DNA from: an uncultured Gemmatimonadaceae bacterium
GTDB taxonomy: Bacteria > Gemmatimonadota > Gemmatimonadetes > Gemmatimonadales > Gemmatimonadaceae
Reading direction: 5' to 3'
Assembly (NCBI GenBank): GCA_963822945.1
Contig: CAWGJO010000037.1
Coordinates: 17,533-81,532 of the forward strand
Length of the DNA: 64,000 nt
The position numbers and the translations under genes are program-made. This document shows positions 61,332 to 64,000 of this stretch, piece after piece; within the stretch, counting starts at the first letter, position 1, and each line of letters opens with the position of its first letter. A model generated the notes under the pieces. It had not been told where the DNA came from. It saw only the letters and a list, made by a program, of their open reading frames with translations, and made no database searches.

Positions 61332-62770
61332 GTGACGCCGAGACGCCACGCCGACGCCAGCGTCGGGACTGCACTGCGAGCCGCGGCCGTGTCTCGCGCC
61401 ACGCTCATGGCCACCACGGCCGCGGTCGGCGCGGTGGACTCGATCTCCACCGCCGAGCCAGCCCCGGCGCCGGCACCCGCGCCTGCCCCGCCACCCACGG
61501 CGTCGGATCGCCTCGACGAGATCGTCGACGTGTTCGTCGCGAACGCGAACCGGGGGCTCGTCACGTCGATCCTTCTCGACTCCACGGGCGAGACGGTGCT
61601 GCAGACCTCGCCGGTGACTGTGGTGGAGGAGCCGACACTGTTCCTGGTGGAGAAGGTGGCGATCTCGTCGTTCCTTGGCGATTACGGCATGGGCCGCACC
61701 GTGCGGACATTCACGCTACTGCCAGGGGAAACGACGTCCATCCGGATCAAGACGTGGCAGTCCACCGAGGAGTCGCGCAAGCAGGCGTCATCGATCATCG
61801 ACTCCCACGAGCAAGAGGCGCAGACGCGGTTCCAGAGCGAGGTGCAGTCCGAGACCACCGACAAGCAGACGCGCAGCTCGGAGGAGAAGTGGTCGGTGGA
61901 AGCCGAGGCATCGGCCAGTGGGGGTGGGGTAGCGCCAAGGTAAGCGGATCGGCGTCGGGCGACTACCAGTCGGGCCGCGAGCAGTTCGCGAAGCAGGCGT
62001 CGTCGGCCGTGGGCGAGCATGCGGCCAAGGCGTCTTCCAAGCGCCAGCTGTCCGTCACGAGCGAGTCCGAGTCAAAGTCCACCACCGGCGAGGAGTCTGT
62101 GATCGAGCGGACGATCGAGAACGTCAACGTGAGGCGCGTGCTCAACTTCGTGTTCCGCGGGCTCAACCAGGAGTACTCGACCGTTCTGCACCTCACGGAC
62201 ATCCAGGTGGCGTTTACGAACCGGCGCACCAACTCCTGGCGCATCGTCCCGATCTCGGGACTGCGCGGCCTGCTCGAGACACTGCTCAAGGCCGCGCCCA
62301 AGCGCCGCGGCGAGATCGCGTCGCTAATCCTCAAACTCGCCGGAACCGTGATCGACGACCAGAGCGCGTCGGTCCGCACGCTCGACGCGCTCCACTACGA
62401 CGTGGTCAACGACGTCATGACCGTGGGTCCGGTGACGATGGACGTGCAGGGCATGCCCGCCCCGCCCACCGAATCCGACTACTACCGATTCAAGCCGGGC
62501 CCGCTCGGGTCGCAGACGGAGGTGGACGGCGTGCGCATGAGCCAGCAGACCATCGTCATGCGGACGGATTCCGTGCTCGTCGAGGCGCTGCTGGGCGAGT
62601 CCGACGCGCTCGACGAGTTCGCAATGGAGGTGCAGCAGGCAGCCGCGACCGCGCAGACACTCGCCAACCAGCGCGAGACGCTGCTGCAGTCCACGCTGAA
62701 CGCCATCGCGGATCCGGCCGAGCGCGCCAAAGCCGCCGCGGCGTTATACGGGCCGGTGAAGGAGACGGCC
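61332..62770 (+). CDS. Ser/Thr-rich hypothetical protein, candidate beta-pore-forming toxin (frameshift near 61920; end approximate)
   Basis: SSFLGDYGMGRTV.TFTLLPGE...WSVEAEASAS/WGWGSAKVSGSASG...ERTIENVN..RVLNFVFR.LNQEY. Confidence 0.55.
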
Positions 62771-62771
62771 T

Positions 62772-63576
62772 ATGGGCGACACGATCACCGACACCTCCAA
62801 GGTGGCCGGGACATCGAAGGTCACCGGCACGGGCGTCGCGAACACAGCGCCGGTGCTCGGCAAGGCGGGCGCGCCGGCGGCGGGGAAGCAGCCGCCTCCG
62901 CCGCCGGCGATCCCGGCCTTCAAGGACAAGGCGGCCGCGCTCGCATGGGCCAACGAGGTGGTACACAAGGATCTCGGCCTCAACTCGACATCCGTGTACT
63001 GGTTCTCGGTGTCGGCCTCCAAGCGCCCTCATCCGCGGACCGGCCTGCCGCCGGACCCCGGCCTCGTGGACTGCGGCTTCGCCGCCTGGACCAACACGGC
63101 CACCGACATCTACCTTTTCGATGCGCTATGGGATAACAACCTGTCGGTCGGTGTCGGCTCGGCGCAGCAGGCCGAGCTGGGCAACGGTGGCGCACGAGTC
63201 GCTGCACGCCGTGCACTTCAAGTCCGCGTGGGGCGGTGGGCACCCACCGTCGCTCGCGACCGGCTTCCACCACGAGTGGAGGACGTATGCGGCGAGCGCC
63301 AAGGCGCTGGGAGCGCCCACGCACAGCAGGGTGAAGCGCTTCATCGCCGAGGCGGCAGGCAAGGATGAGCTGGCGCCAGAAGGCCGCGCAGGAGGGAGTC
63401 GCCAGGAGTTCGCGGGCTGGTACAACGGCCACAAGGCCGGGATTGGGAAGCTCAACGCCGACCAGGCGGAACTTGAATACCTGAAGTTCTTCGAGAAAAT
63501 CAATGGACTGCCGCCGAAGATCCTCGCTTCGGGCAAGACACCAAAGGAGATGCTACAGTTGACGTATGGATACTAA
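62772..63576 (+). CDS. Putative zinc metallopeptidase (HExxH); frameshift near 63175
   Basis: GGAG RBS; Pro-rich linker; VAHESLHAVH followed by HHEWRTY. Confidence 0.55.
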
Positions 63577-63599
63577 GCCCAGTGCTCCTGCGTGAAGCC

Positions 63600-63665
63600 G
63601 CGCGGTACCGGTTGACGTGCCCGCGCGCGGTGGCATACCACCCGTAGTAGCGCGTCACCACCGCA
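63600..63665 (-). mobile_element. IS91-like transposase internal fragment
   Basis: VVTRYYGWYA(T/A)RG resembles the catalytic RYYG.Y motif of Y2 rolling-circle transposases. Confidence 0.55.
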
Positions 63666-63684
63666 TTCTTCCGTGCGACCGTCT

Positions 63685-63794
63685 CCCGCGCTCGAACCTC
63701 GGCTCCCTCACCTCCCGCGCGACGCCAGATTCTACCGGCACACCTCCTGGGAGGTGTGCCGACAAAACTGTATTGAAATTGTATTGGCAACGGG
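63685..63794 (+). repeat. Decayed queG-derived flank + palindromic att-like site F + tail
   Basis: CGGCACACCTCC-TG-GGAGGTGTGCCG (63736-63761) ACAAAACTGTATTGAAATTGTATTGGCAACGGG; the left flank aligns with site C. Confidence 0.9.
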
Positions 63795-64000
63795 ACGGCG
63801 AAGTCTCAGAGAGACAGATCCTTGGCTGTGTGTCTGTGACTCAGTGCGGCGGTGGTGATGCCGCCCAGTGGGGGCGGCCTCCGGGCTCGGCACACCTTCG
63901 GCCCCTTCCCGGGCTAGGAGTGATGTGGTCCACCATGGTTCATCAGTTGGGCGACCGCCGGCCCCCTTCTCTGAGTAGCGGTTCAGCTTTCGCGGGTCAC

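Noticed and set aside
61322..63136. Single 604-aa ORF or toxin-peptidase fusion
   Set aside because: Its N- and C-terminal thirds are out-of-frame sequence. A GGAG RBS and ATG at 62772 support a separate gene.
35898..63761. 26-bp palindromes as CRISPR repeats or simple terminators
   Set aside because: They are kilobases apart, lack U-tracts, have only a 2-nt centre and are fused to queG-coding sequence.
1..64000. tRNA/rRNA genes, intact integrase, phage structural genes
   Set aside because: None recognisable by eye; tRNAscan-SE and HMM searches would be needed to exclude them formally.

Overview
High-GC bacterial DNA. The gene content (fused E1 alpha/beta dehydrogenase, many PadR-linked ADOP/MacB permeases, Ser/Thr kinase-TPR protein) resembles Gemmatimonadota or Acidobacteriota; this taxonomy is an inference. 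Many genes carry 1-bp frameshifts, probably a mix of long-read errors and real decay. About 1-25 kb is mostly core-like: XDH-family Mo and 2Fe-2S subunits, ferredoxin, RNase D, SufT, an ECF sigma/anti-sigma/PDZ cluster, ccdA-tlpA, E1 and a GGDEF protein. It also holds two copies of a structured intergenic element with 16-bp tandem-repeat arms. About 25-64 kb is accessory: five more ADOP permeases (six in total), a putative HTH/nucleotidyltransferase toxin-antitoxin pair, an ABC transporter, nhaA, an IS3 element, IS91/ISCR-like remnants, an attC-flanked cassette and a candidate pore-forming-toxin/metallopeptidase operon. The most striking feature is five co-oriented copies (plus one possibly collapsed copy) of a 26-bp palindromic site followed by a conserved ~30-bp tail. 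Its left half is the CQEVCP-coding segment of queG, usually with more decayed queG 3' sequence attached. These sites divide the region into integrase-less modules, suggesting a tandem array of islands or cassettes accreted at a queG-derived att site. All family assignments are by motif recognition; no database searches were run.
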